Shown: positions 8,630-15,838 of the stretch, piece by piece | Position numbering within the stretch: the first letter of the stretch is position 1 | Layout: each line of letters starts with the position of its first letter | Source of the DNA: Candidatus Saccharimonadota bacterium | Lineage (GTDB): Bacteria > Patescibacteriota > Microgenomatia > UBA1406 > GWC2-37-13 | DNA: 32,000 nt | Assembly (NCBI GenBank): GCA_001790095.1 | Contig: MGBH01000001.1 | Coordinates: 270,001-302,000 of the forward strand | Reading direction: 5' to 3' | Program-made: the position numbers and the translations under genes | The notes under the pieces: generated by a model | Database searches by the model: none | Told to the model about the DNA's origin: nothing | The model's input: only the letters and a program-made list of their open reading frames with translations

Positions 8630-9175
8630 ATGATGAATAAAAAAGTCTTAGTGGTTGCTACTTTAGTGATTTTGGGTGTTATAGGAATAGCCTTTGTAAC
8701 ATTAAATAAGCCAAACAATGGAAAACAGTTGTCTACTGAGGAAAATTCAAACCCTATAGACAGTTGGGAACAACAAACCATCGAAGAAATAGGGTTAACT
8801 CTCAAAATGCCACCTGACACTACTTTTAGAAAAGAGATTGGTGATAATGATGGCAACATTCGTACTGTCGCTTTTTACATTGAAAAAGGCGATGAAAACA
8901 ATCCCGAATACCAACTCTACGCTTTGTACTTAGCTGATAAAGAGGGATCAACTCAAGATTTAGAAAAAGCAAAAACAGGCATGTCTTCTATAAAAGAGGC
9001 ATCAATTGACGGATACAGCGGAATAGAAGGAACTGCCAATACTAACGATCCCAAGAAACACTACTTAACTGTAGTCCTGAAAGACGGAAGACTCTTCTCT
9101 GTTTCTACCTATCCACCCCAACCTGAAAATAAAGAGTTAACAGACAAAATAATCCAAACGTTTAATTTTAGATAA
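8630..9175 (+). CDS. Exported or membrane-anchored hypothetical protein (181 aa)
   Basis: N-terminal hydrophobic helix MMNKKVLVVATLVILGVIGIAFVTL followed by a hydrophilic domain. No motif recognised. Confidence 0.7.
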   Translation: MMNKKVLVVATLVILGVIGIAFVTLNKPNNGKQLSTEENSNPIDSWEQQTIEEIGLTLKMPPDTTFRKEIGDNDGNIRTVAFYIEKGDENNPEYQLYALYLADKEGSTQDLEKAKTGMSSIKEASIDGYSGIEGTANTNDPKKHYLTVVLKDGRLFSVSTYPPQPENKELTDKIIQTFNFR

Positions 9176-9185
9176 ATCTAACTTA

Positions 9186-9332
9186 ATGAAAGTCATCGTA
9201 GGATTGTTGCTATTGATAGTATTATTAGCCTTTGAATATTGGTGGTTCAGAGAAACAATGCAATGCATGATCAACAGAACAAATTCAGGAATTGTAGTGG
9301 ACTGGGCAATGGTTAAAGACTGTAGTTATTAA
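9186..9332 (+). CDS. Possible 48-aa small membrane protein (not in the ORF track)
   Basis: ATG at 9186, TAA at 9330-9332. MKVIVGLLLLIVLLAFEYWWF is a clean TM helix. No other support. Confidence 0.25.
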   Translation: MKVIVGLLLLIVLLAFEYWWFRETMQCMINRTNSGIVVDWAMVKDCSY

Positions 9333-9365
9333 AATCATTCATGCCAAAAAACAGTAGGCTTCAGG

Positions 9366-9902
9366 CTACACCCCAAATCCCAAAGTGATACTAAACCCTG
9401 CCCTATCACCCGTAAAGTCAATATTTGCCATAATTCCTTCTCTTTTAATATCCACATATCGAAATTCAGCTATATTAGGTGTTGGGTTAACGATAGGCTG
9501 ATCGGCAAGAACGGCAGCAAGATTTACAATAAAGCCTAGCCACTTGTCATCGTTTTTACAAAAAACTGATGGTAGTCCGTATACATCGAGTAAGTTGATG
9601 AGTTCATTTTTAAACTCTGGTAAAAGGAGAAAATCAATGTTGCCATCCTTGGGATAGGTATCAATGGATTGATCTATCCTCATCATAATTTCCTTCATTG
9701 TTTTGGTGATATGATCCTTTTTAGTATGAACAACCCAATCTGCATGAAAGCGTACTAAAGAATGCCTTTCTGGTTTGCTTTCTTCTCTCTCCCTATCTAG
9801 TAGTTTTCTCAGCTCAACCATCAAATAAACCACTTCATGTTCCTCGTCCATGTTATGTTTATTAAGAAACGTTTTTAACTTTTCTACAATCTGAATTTTC
9901 AT
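9366..9902 (-). CDS. Hypothetical protein (178 aa), last gene of the seven-gene operon
   Basis: Starts 13 nt after the stop of the preceding gene on the same strand. No motif recognised. Confidence 0.7.
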   Translation of the reverse strand: MKIQIVEKLKTFLNKHNMDEEHEVVYLMVELRKLLDREREESKPERHSLVRFHADWVVHTKKDHITKTMKEIMMRIDQSIDTYPKDGNIDFLLLPEFKNELINLLDVYGLPSVFCKNDDKWLGFIVNLAAVLADQPIVNPTPNIAEFRYVDIKREGIMANIDFTGDRAGFSITLGFGV

Positions 9903-9915
9903 AGGTTAAATAGGA

Positions 9916-11340
9916 CTAATTCCATAATTCATTCTCATTTCTGAACCTTGGGAAATAAGCATCACTACTTTGTCTTTGTGAAGCCACACGATACATATAC
10001 TCAAGAATATCGAGGAAGCTAGAAAAAGTGAGATATTCCATCGTCAGTCGGGCATAAAGCATCGTATCAAGAGCAACGCTAAATGGGCCACGCCTAATAA
10101 TAAATAGTCCATGATCATCTGGTGAATGTGCATAGAGGCCATCTTTCACTGAAAACATCCTATCTTTATCTTTTTCAAAATCAGCAATTTGTTTATCTAG
10201 ATCAGTTTCGGTACGATCTTCAATTTCCCAATTGTGCTGTTTTAGAATCTCCTTGAGTATGGTTACGTTTAACGTGCATTTAACCAAGTAATAACCAGAC
10301 ATCAAATACATGCAATCTTTAGCTGAGAATGGAAAGATTGAATACGGAGGAGCTGATCTAACAAAATTGCCTTTTTCGTCACTATAAAAAGTGTCCCAAT
10401 TGCTATGAATCAGTACCAAATCTTTTGTTTTTTCTTTAGGTGAGAGTTTCTTTAGTTCCTCAACATCAACAGGTTTCTTGTTTTCATTAATTGCTCTAAA
10501 ATTAGTTACTTCTATTTGTATGCAGTTGTCAAAATTTTCCGATACCACCATTTTCTTCTCTGATTTACGAAATAGCCGCTTGATTCTGCTAATGTAGGTA
10601 CGTGGCTCCAGTTCCATTACTCTCGTGTCAATATCAATTCCACCTATTCTAGCTTTGTTTGCTATCGCAATTCTTTGAAGTTCCAATAGCCTTTTTGCCT
10701 GATTGCTTATCTTTGCCTTACCTTGAACCCGTTTAAGGGTGAACATATTTTTAATATCTTTACCATATTTTTTGATTTCATGAATAAAAGCAACACCATC
10801 TTTGATCTCGGTTAAATCGCCTACCCTAAGAAAATGAGTTAAGTCATTAAGTATCACCAAACTATCAAGTGATTTAGAAATCCTATGCGCCCACATAAAC
10901 TCGCTTCTGAATTCTTTACTATTCACATCCACACTACCAGCACCAAATCCTCTGGAAGAGGAGTTTAGGAATGTGCGGTTATAGTTCAAGTTTCTCCATG
11001 CAATACCATCACATATCGTTCTGGAGATTCGTATTAATTGCTCATGGATGAGAATGTGATCTTCTAGTCCTCTGAGCTCTTTTTCTTCTTTAGGAGTTAA
11101 CTGGCTTTTGTCGTGTAGTTTTTTGGCCTTCTCTCGTCCTTCCCTAAGCTTTTCCCAAAACAACGTTTCTGCCTGCGCCAATTTGTATTGCATTGCAAGC
11201 ATTACGTCTTTCTTGTGCTTATGTCGCTTGCTCCTTGTTGCTCTTAGCACCTTTTCAAAGTAGCCAACCCACTCTTTGTAGTAGGAGCTGGCTAGAATAG
11301 CAGAGATTTTAATCGCATAGTCTTTTTCAAGCATGTACAT
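9916..11340 (-). CDS. Hypothetical 474-aa protein with NERD / PD-(D/E)xK-like nuclease motif
   Basis: aa 161-192 LVILNDLTHFLRVGDLTEIKDGVAFIHEIKKYG gives D175...E188-x-K190 in a beta-strand-like context (nt 10765-10860). No P-loop seen. Confidence 0.7.
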   Translation of the reverse strand: MYMLEKDYAIKISAILASSYYKEWVGYFEKVLRATRSKRHKHKKDVMLAMQYKLAQAETLFWEKLREGREKAKKLHDKSQLTPKEEKELRGLEDHILIHEQLIRISRTICDGIAWRNLNYNRTFLNSSSRGFGAGSVDVNSKEFRSEFMWAHRISKSLDSLVILNDLTHFLRVGDLTEIKDGVAFIHEIKKYGKDIKNMFTLKRVQGKAKISNQAKRLLELQRIAIANKARIGGIDIDTRVMELEPRTYISRIKRLFRKSEKKMVVSENFDNCIQIEVTNFRAINENKKPVDVEELKKLSPKEKTKDLVLIHSNWDTFYSDEKGNFVRSAPPYSIFPFSAKDCMYLMSGYYLVKCTLNVTILKEILKQHNWEIEDRTETDLDKQIADFEKDKDRMFSVKDGLYAHSPDDHGLFIIRRGPFSVALDTMLYARLTMEYLTFSSFLDILEYMYRVASQRQSSDAYFPRFRNENELWN

Positions 11341-11366
11341 ATATCTGAGTTTCGATCATCAATAAT

Positions 11367-12131
11367 TCATTTAACAAGTTGTTTTTTAAGTTTTTCTAAG
11401 ATTTTTATGTCATTTTCTGTTGCAACCTTCAGCTTTCTCATCTTCTCTAATAATGCAACAGCTTCTTTGTGGTTACCCTCCTTCTTGGCTTGCTTTGCTA
11501 ATGCCCGATATGCACTGCCCACAATTCCCAATGGCGCAGGTGGAGGACTATCTTTCCATTCTGGTGAAATTGCACACCTATCGCTTATGTTTAAGCCGAT
11601 CTCTGCACTTTTCAAATAGTTACCACGTTTGTAGAAGAGTTCAGCGTAAGAACACAAACATGGTTCGTATTCGTCAGTACTCTCAAAAACAAACTTTAAA
11701 ACTTTCTCTGCACGAACTAAATCCCTGATTGGAGCATCATCAACTAACATATGTCCAAGTTCGCCAGCTATATCTATTTGATCCAGATACTCAGCATTGT
11801 GCCGTTTTTCTAAGGGTAGTTGTACAGGAAGAGTGTTTGTGGATAATGAAAAAGCTTTATCGAAGCAAAATACCGCTTTATCCAGATATTCTTTCCTTTC
11901 ATCTCCACGAATATGCCAGGCAGTAAAGTTTCTCCAGGCTATGCCCATCCAATATGCTATTTTTGGGTTCTTAGTGTTCTGAAACTCATTTTCAATATCG
12001 CCAATAACCTTTAACATATTTTCTTTATTGAAATCTTGTTCATCCCCAAAGCCCATGCTTGTAATACGCATAAGTGCGGTTATAGCCTCGTTATCATTTG
12101 AATAATTTGATCTACTGAAGAAATTGAACAT
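11367..12131 (-). CDS. All-helical, TPR/Sel1-like repeat protein (254 aa)
   Basis: Repeated helix-pair segments: AYWMGIAWRNFTAW...YLDKAVFCFDKAF, YAELFYKRGNYLKSAEIGLN, GSAYRALAKQAKKEGNHKEAVALLEKM. Its start is 1 nt after the upstream stop. Confidence 0.65.
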   Translation of the reverse strand: MFNFFSRSNYSNDNEAITALMRITSMGFGDEQDFNKENMLKVIGDIENEFQNTKNPKIAYWMGIAWRNFTAWHIRGDERKEYLDKAVFCFDKAFSLSTNTLPVQLPLEKRHNAEYLDQIDIAGELGHMLVDDAPIRDLVRAEKVLKFVFESTDEYEPCLCSYAELFYKRGNYLKSAEIGLNISDRCAISPEWKDSPPPAPLGIVGSAYRALAKQAKKEGNHKEAVALLEKMRKLKVATENDIKILEKLKKQLVK

Positions 12132-12132
12132 A

Positions 12133-13281
12133 TTAGAGTTTGCTTAACAACGAGGCGTGGAACTCGTATGTTTTTGCAAACTCCGTGAAGGCATCAAAGT
12201 TGCTGAACATAAAAGACTCCTCAAGGCCACCCTCTGATTCGTAAGTCATATCACCATACTTAACAATGGGAATTTGATAATTGCCTTTGAATCTTTTATC
12301 CATAGAACCATCTTTATTAGCCTTCTTCCAAGTATGTTGAATAATCTCCGTATCCTTTGGTACACTTTCTTCTTCAACATAACCAGAAAGTTTCATTGTT
12401 GTCTTTACATCTTTAAGATCGAAGATTCCAAACTCTTGATTGTCTTTGAACAGAAGCAAGAATGTAGGAAATAAAAACACATCAGGGCCATTCGCATTGG
12501 GTAGAAATAAATGAGGTAAATCGCTTTTTACAAATTCAATTTCTCGTTCAGTTTTAGATATTGGAGTCCTTTTAGTGGCGGTTTGGGCTACAGTGCGTGC
12601 TTTGGCTCTGTCTACATTTTCTGCATAGGTAATATCCCAAATTTTTTCGCTGCTCATTAACTCATTGAATGTGTCAATACAGTTGAGCCAACTTTTCTCA
12701 AGTTGAGATTTATCAGCAAAAGTCAATTTAACAAAAGTTTCTAATACTTGCTTCTCTAGTTCTTTAACAACACTCTGTTGAATTTTTCTTGAATTGGCAA
12801 TCCCTTTATAGAAGAATCCTACTATAACGAGATAACTTCCAAAATGGATTGTGGAGAGTAAAAACAACTTTGTTTTAGCTGAATTGAGTTTTTTCAGTAA
12901 CTCAATACGTTGATTGTATATATCTGTAATTTGTTGACGTAGCACTTGAAAGTTTTTACTAGTAACTGTTAAGGCTTTGCTTGAGCTTCTGATAATATTT
13001 CCTGTATTTGATATTTCTATACCAGTTGGGTGTTCGTTATTCATAGGTGGATGTTTAACAGTATTAGAACTGTTATTTTTATTATTAGGAATTTTTAATA
13101 GATCGTCTACACTAACCGATGTTTTGTTATATACCTTATTGTAGAGTGCTTTCTTTGGATTCGTTAGTATTCCCATTCCTCTGGGAGCTTTCAAACCCAA
13201 GCTATGTCTTACAACTCGTTTCCAAGAGGTTCTAGCTGCAATTCTACGTTTTAATGATGGTGTTCTTATTCCAAATTTCAT
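12133..13281 (-). CDS. Single-pass membrane protein with a highly basic N-terminus and an unknown C-terminal domain of about 220 aa
   Basis: N-terminus MKFGIRTPSLKRRIAARTSWKRVVRHSLGLKAPRGMGILTNPKKALYNKVYNKT. TM helix at about aa 139-158 (LFLLSTIHFGSYLVIVGFFY). C-terminal domain unrecognised. Confidence 0.7.
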   Translation of the reverse strand: MKFGIRTPSLKRRIAARTSWKRVVRHSLGLKAPRGMGILTNPKKALYNKVYNKTSVSVDDLLKIPNNKNNSSNTVKHPPMNNEHPTGIEISNTGNIIRSSSKALTVTSKNFQVLRQQITDIYNQRIELLKKLNSAKTKLFLLSTIHFGSYLVIVGFFYKGIANSRKIQQSVVKELEKQVLETFVKLTFADKSQLEKSWLNCIDTFNELMSSEKIWDITYAENVDRAKARTVAQTATKRTPISKTEREIEFVKSDLPHLFLPNANGPDVFLFPTFLLLFKDNQEFGIFDLKDVKTTMKLSGYVEEESVPKDTEIIQHTWKKANKDGSMDKRFKGNYQIPIVKYGDMTYESEGGLEESFMFSNFDAFTEFAKTYEFHASLLSKL

Positions 13282-13302
13282 AATTGTTTTTAGCTTTAGT
13301 TA

Positions 13303-14082
13303 TTATTGAATACTGCACTGTCGCTGATAAAATTCATCTTGTTCTATCATCTTTCTAATTTCATTTTTTCTGTAGTTGTCAATGCAATTCTTGTTATTTT
13401 TCCCTGAGCCATACAAGCATTCATTTCTAACCCCATCTAAATTCAGGCTACTTCTAATAGATTCTAGTATCGTTAATTGAGGGTGTAACACACTATCATT
13501 TTCTATCCTGTATTCGATAGACTTCCATTCTTCAGAGTTCATTATTCCAAAAAACTTCCACTGTGCGTAAAAAGCTTCTGTCTCTTTATCAATACAAGAA
13601 AGCTCATCACTTCCATTGAGAGATTCTAGATATTGTTGTACGTGAGTAATTTCGTGGACAAGAAGTAATGCTGTAGTCAAGTCGTCCGTTGAACTATAAT
13701 CAGAATTAACAGTTATCGGAAAATAATCGCTTTTTATTTCAGGACTATTAAATACAAAATAGCCTTCTACACCAGAAGAACCTCGGGTATCATCTTCTAT
13801 AATTCTGATACAGTTAACTAATCGAGAAGGGAAAAAATACCAAGAATCTTCACCTTCACCACTATCTTCCCATAAACTGTATTTTTGTGCTATTAGACTC
13901 AAGGCTCGATCATATTGTGGTTCATTTTTTTGGCGTGTTGTTCTCGTACAATCTACAATTTCTGGTGTCTGTGTTAAATTTGAAGTATCTGAAACAACAG
14001 GAGACGTCTCTTTATAAAAGATTGAAGCAACCCAAACTAGTAAAACAAAAACTAAACCAAGAATAATATAACTTTTTTTCAT
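13303..14082 (-). CDS. Exported or anchored putative zinc metallopeptidase (HExxH)
   Basis: N-terminal hydrophobic helix IILGLVFVLLVWVASIFY. HEITH at aa 143-147 with downstream Glu residues (KETEAF, aa 166-171). Six Cys after the helix, consistent with an extracytoplasmic location. Confidence 0.7.
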   Translation of the reverse strand: MKKSYIILGLVFVLLVWVASIFYKETSPVVSDTSNLTQTPEIVDCTRTTRQKNEPQYDRALSLIAQKYSLWEDSGEGEDSWYFFPSRLVNCIRIIEDDTRGSSGVEGYFVFNSPEIKSDYFPITVNSDYSSTDDLTTALLLVHEITHVQQYLESLNGSDELSCIDKETEAFYAQWKFFGIMNSEEWKSIEYRIENDSVLHPQLTILESIRSSLNLDGVRNECLYGSGKNNKNCIDNYRKNEIRKMIEQDEFYQRQCSIQ

Positions 14083-14090
14083 AATTCTCT

Positions 14091-14714
14091 TTAGATATTT
14101 AATACTTTCTTTGACAACATGTCACCATATTTCCGATACATTTCCTCGGGCATTGAGAGTTTTAGCTTGTTCTCTATAGACGTGTTGTCGATAGTATCTT
14201 TTAATACTGAACTTTTTAAAAAATAGTCTCCCTCATGCGAAGAAGTACCAAGTAGACTGATAGTGCCAACCATAAACTTTGCAAAATTCTTCTTGTTTAA
14301 TACATCTTTTGACTTCACTATTACTGGCTCATGGATTTTAGCCTTATCAGATTTTGTATATGAGTCATAAGCAGTTAGGAGATTGTCTACAAAAGAATTT
14401 GGATCGAACATGTGCTTAGTTGTTGAAATAAATTGATCAAGTACCCCAAGTGCTATCAATAACTTTTCATCAGAGGATATTTTTGATTTTTTAACACCAT
14501 TCAAAACATCTATAAGCCCCATTGTAAGAACTTCTTTTGTAATAAAATCCTCTAATTCAAACTTATCAGGAAACAATTTATGCAAAATATTTCCGCTTTT
14601 TGGACGCTTCTTATATCCATAAGCACGCCAAACCTCATCATCCAACAATGGCCTCATTGCTGTACTTGCTAGGTATTCAACTAGATCGTTAATATCGGTT
14701 GTTTTATGTTCCAT
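14091..14714 (-). CDS. Hypothetical protein (208 aa from the internal ATG)
   Basis: The track ORF extends to 14792 and would overlap the upstream HTH gene by 77 nt. The ATG at 14712-14714 (MEHKTTD) lies 1 nt after the HTH stop, so the start was trimmed. No motif recognised. Confidence 0.65.
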   Translation of the reverse strand: MEHKTTDINDLVEYLASTAMRPLLDDEVWRAYGYKKRPKSGNILHKLFPDKFELEDFITKEVLTMGLIDVLNGVKKSKISSDEKLLIALGVLDQFISTTKHMFDPNSFVDNLLTAYDSYTKSDKAKIHEPVIVKSKDVLNKKNFAKFMVGTISLLGTSSHEGDYFLKSSVLKDTIDNTSIENKLKLSMPEEMYRKYGDMLSKKVLNI

Positions 14715-14715
14715 A

Positions 14716-14922
14716 TTATTTTTTTGTCCCACTCTTACTACGAGAGATATATGCCTGGATATCTTGTTTACGATAACGCCTATCTCCGACACCTCGCCGA
14801 GTGCCTACACGTACGGCTTTTAAGATTCCTTGTCGATCCCATCTCCGCAATGTTTGAGCGTTTACATTTAAGATTTTCGCTGTTTGCTCAATTGTTAACA
14901 GCTCTTCAATTTGTGGGTTCAT
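14716..14922 (-). CDS. HTH_17 / excisionase-family DNA-binding protein, paralogue of 4193-4402, first gene of the operon
   Basis: LTIEQTAKILNVNAQTLRRWDRQGILKAVRVGTRRGVGDRRYRKQDI aligns residue by residue with the first HTH. Start chosen at ATG 14922 (MNPQIEE), giving 68 aa against 69 aa for the paralogue. The track start at 14970 is less likely. Confidence 0.75.
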   Translation of the reverse strand: MNPQIEELLTIEQTAKILNVNAQTLRRWDRQGILKAVRVGTRRGVGDRRYRKQDIQAYISRSKSGTKK

Positions 14923-14924
14923 AG

Positions 14925-14951
14925 TAATTGTCTTTAATTGTACTAAATTGC
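14925..14951. promoter_or_regulatory. Three 10-bp-phased direct repeats TAATTGT / TAATTGT / AAATTGC immediately upstream of the operon's first gene
   Basis: Copies at 14925-14931, 14935-14941 and 14945-14951, with exact 10-nt periodicity. TAAATTGC recurs at 14991-14998. Confidence 0.45.
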
Positions 14952-15037
14952 TTGAGAATTTGCGATACAATAATGTAGAATATTAATAGTTAAATTGCCT
15001 AAACTTTGTGGTTTCCCCATAAGGCATGGCAAAAAAT

Positions 15038-15146
15038 CGGTTCAACGCAGTAAGCCCTTCATGGTGTTACGTTGAACCGTCGTGTGCCGAAAGGTATACG
15101 GGTGGCGCAAGCTACCAGCCGTGAGGGGCTTTTTGGTTCACACGGC
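15038..15146 (+). ncRNA. Structured GC-enriched 5' leader (candidate riboswitch/attenuator) of the zinc-ribbon gene
   Basis: 10-bp perfect hairpin 15038-15047/15070-15079. GAAA-tetraloop hairpin 15081-15100. GCAA-tetraloop hairpin 15101-15116. Competing 14-bp helix 15052-15065/15118-15131 followed by a U-run. The G.U pairs make the fold plus-strand specific. SD AAGGAGG at 15153-15159. Confidence 0.5.
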
Positions 15147-15166
15147 ATCTTTAAGGAGGTGAACAA

Positions 15167-15478
15167 ATGACAACTATTAAATGTCCATATTGCGCAGAAG
15201 AGATCCAAGTAGACGCCAAGAAGTGCAAACACTGTGGGGAGTGGTTAAATATTCCCAATGGCAATAACATTTTCAGTCCTTCAACTAGTTCAGTTGATGC
15301 AAGATCGGTAAGCAAAGGTATCAAAGACGCCGAATATAGCAAGTTTGTAATGGGTGTCTTGGGAGTAGTTGATCTATTTATTGCCGTTTGCGTTGGACTG
15401 TTTACCCATTGGATAGTTGGTTTAATCGTATTTGTCGGAATCGGAATGTGGATCGGTAATCGACACTATCAAGAATGA
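15167..15478 (+). CDS. Zinc-ribbon domain membrane protein (103 aa)
   Basis: CPYC...CKHC zinc-ribbon at the N-terminus and two C-terminal TM helices. Strong SD AAGGAGG 7 nt upstream of the ATG. Confidence 0.75.
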   Translation: MTTIKCPYCAEEIQVDAKKCKHCGEWLNIPNGNNIFSPSTSSVDARSVSKGIKDAEYSKFVMGVLGVVDLFIAVCVGLFTHWIVGLIVFVGIGMWIGNRHYQE

Positions 15479-15838
15479 GCATTATGATAAATAATCCTTA
15501 CTATCAATTCTTCTCCAATGTGTGAATGTGTAGACTCATAACTGCACATTTAGCCTTGATTGGAAAGACTACATAGACTATATATAGTAGACGTTTAACA
15601 TCCCAACACATATTTATTTGCTATAACTAGGGATATTAATCGGGATCAGCTATACTATTGGAAGATTCCGTTCAATTTAGATTGAGCTAAAATAAGTAAA
15701 ATCGAGGGGGCGGAGTAGTGAAATTGAAAATGCAGGGTAGAGGGTTAATAATCTAGTGTCATACTAGATAGGCATATGCGGTACCCTATATGCTAGCATT
15801 TCAAAAAATGCCACTGGCCTAATTGATACAAATATCCT

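Larger units (their letters stand above)
2540..15016. mobile_element. Integrated element of about 12.4 kb with serine-recombinase integrase (non-prophage, boundaries approximate)
   Basis: A large serine integrase plus HTH_17 at the left end, abutting intact secA. Replication and DNA-binding genes but no virion genes. Inverted blocks GGAAACC-N6-CAATTTAA (2544-2564) and TTAAATTG-N12-GGTTTCC (14990-15016) flank exactly the int-to-operon interval. Confidence 0.55.

Noticed and set aside
8098-8859. ORFs 8098-8358 (+, alternative frame of the PadR-linked membrane gene) and 8494-8859 (-)
   Set aside because: The first lies in another frame inside a coherent multi-TM protein. The second overlaps the terminator hairpin and the start of the 8630 gene on the opposite strand.
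11407-12474. Plus-strand ORFs 11407-11619, 11420-11728, 11729-11926, 11797-11982 and 12274-12474
   Set aside because: All are antisense to operon genes. They overlap one another in different frames, which is characteristic of noise.
14706-14970. Track starts at 14792 and 14970 (N-terminal extensions) and plus ORF 14706-14924
   Set aside because: The extensions would overlap the upstream gene or run through the phased repeats. Internal ATGs at 14714 and 14922 give tight 1-nt coupling and a size matching the paralogue. The plus ORF is antisense to the HTH gene.
15031-15079. Hairpin 15038-15079 read on the minus strand as an intrinsic terminator (stem followed by GAUUUUUUG)
   Set aside because: No minus-strand gene ends just upstream of it, since the nearest (elp3) stops about 760 nt away. 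It could still insulate the operon from read-through, so this is an alternative reading rather than a call.
15081-15131. Possible SRP (4.5S) RNA, because of a GUGUGCCG word and GNRA hairpins
   Set aside because: The conserved domain IV sequence (GGAAGCAGCC-type symmetric and asymmetric loops) is absent. The element sits immediately 5' of an SD and start codon, which fits a cis-acting leader better.
15151-15342. Minus-strand ORF 15151-15342
   Set aside because: Antisense to the zinc-ribbon gene, which has a strong SD and clear domain logic.
15480-15838. 360-nt non-coding stretch with small hairpins (TCTAGT..ACTAGA, GCATAT..ATATGC), scanned for tRNA, tmRNA or CRISPR
   Set aside because: No cloverleaf, no repeat-spacer periodicity and no GC enrichment were found. 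It is most simply the elp3 3' region or an intergenic spacer.
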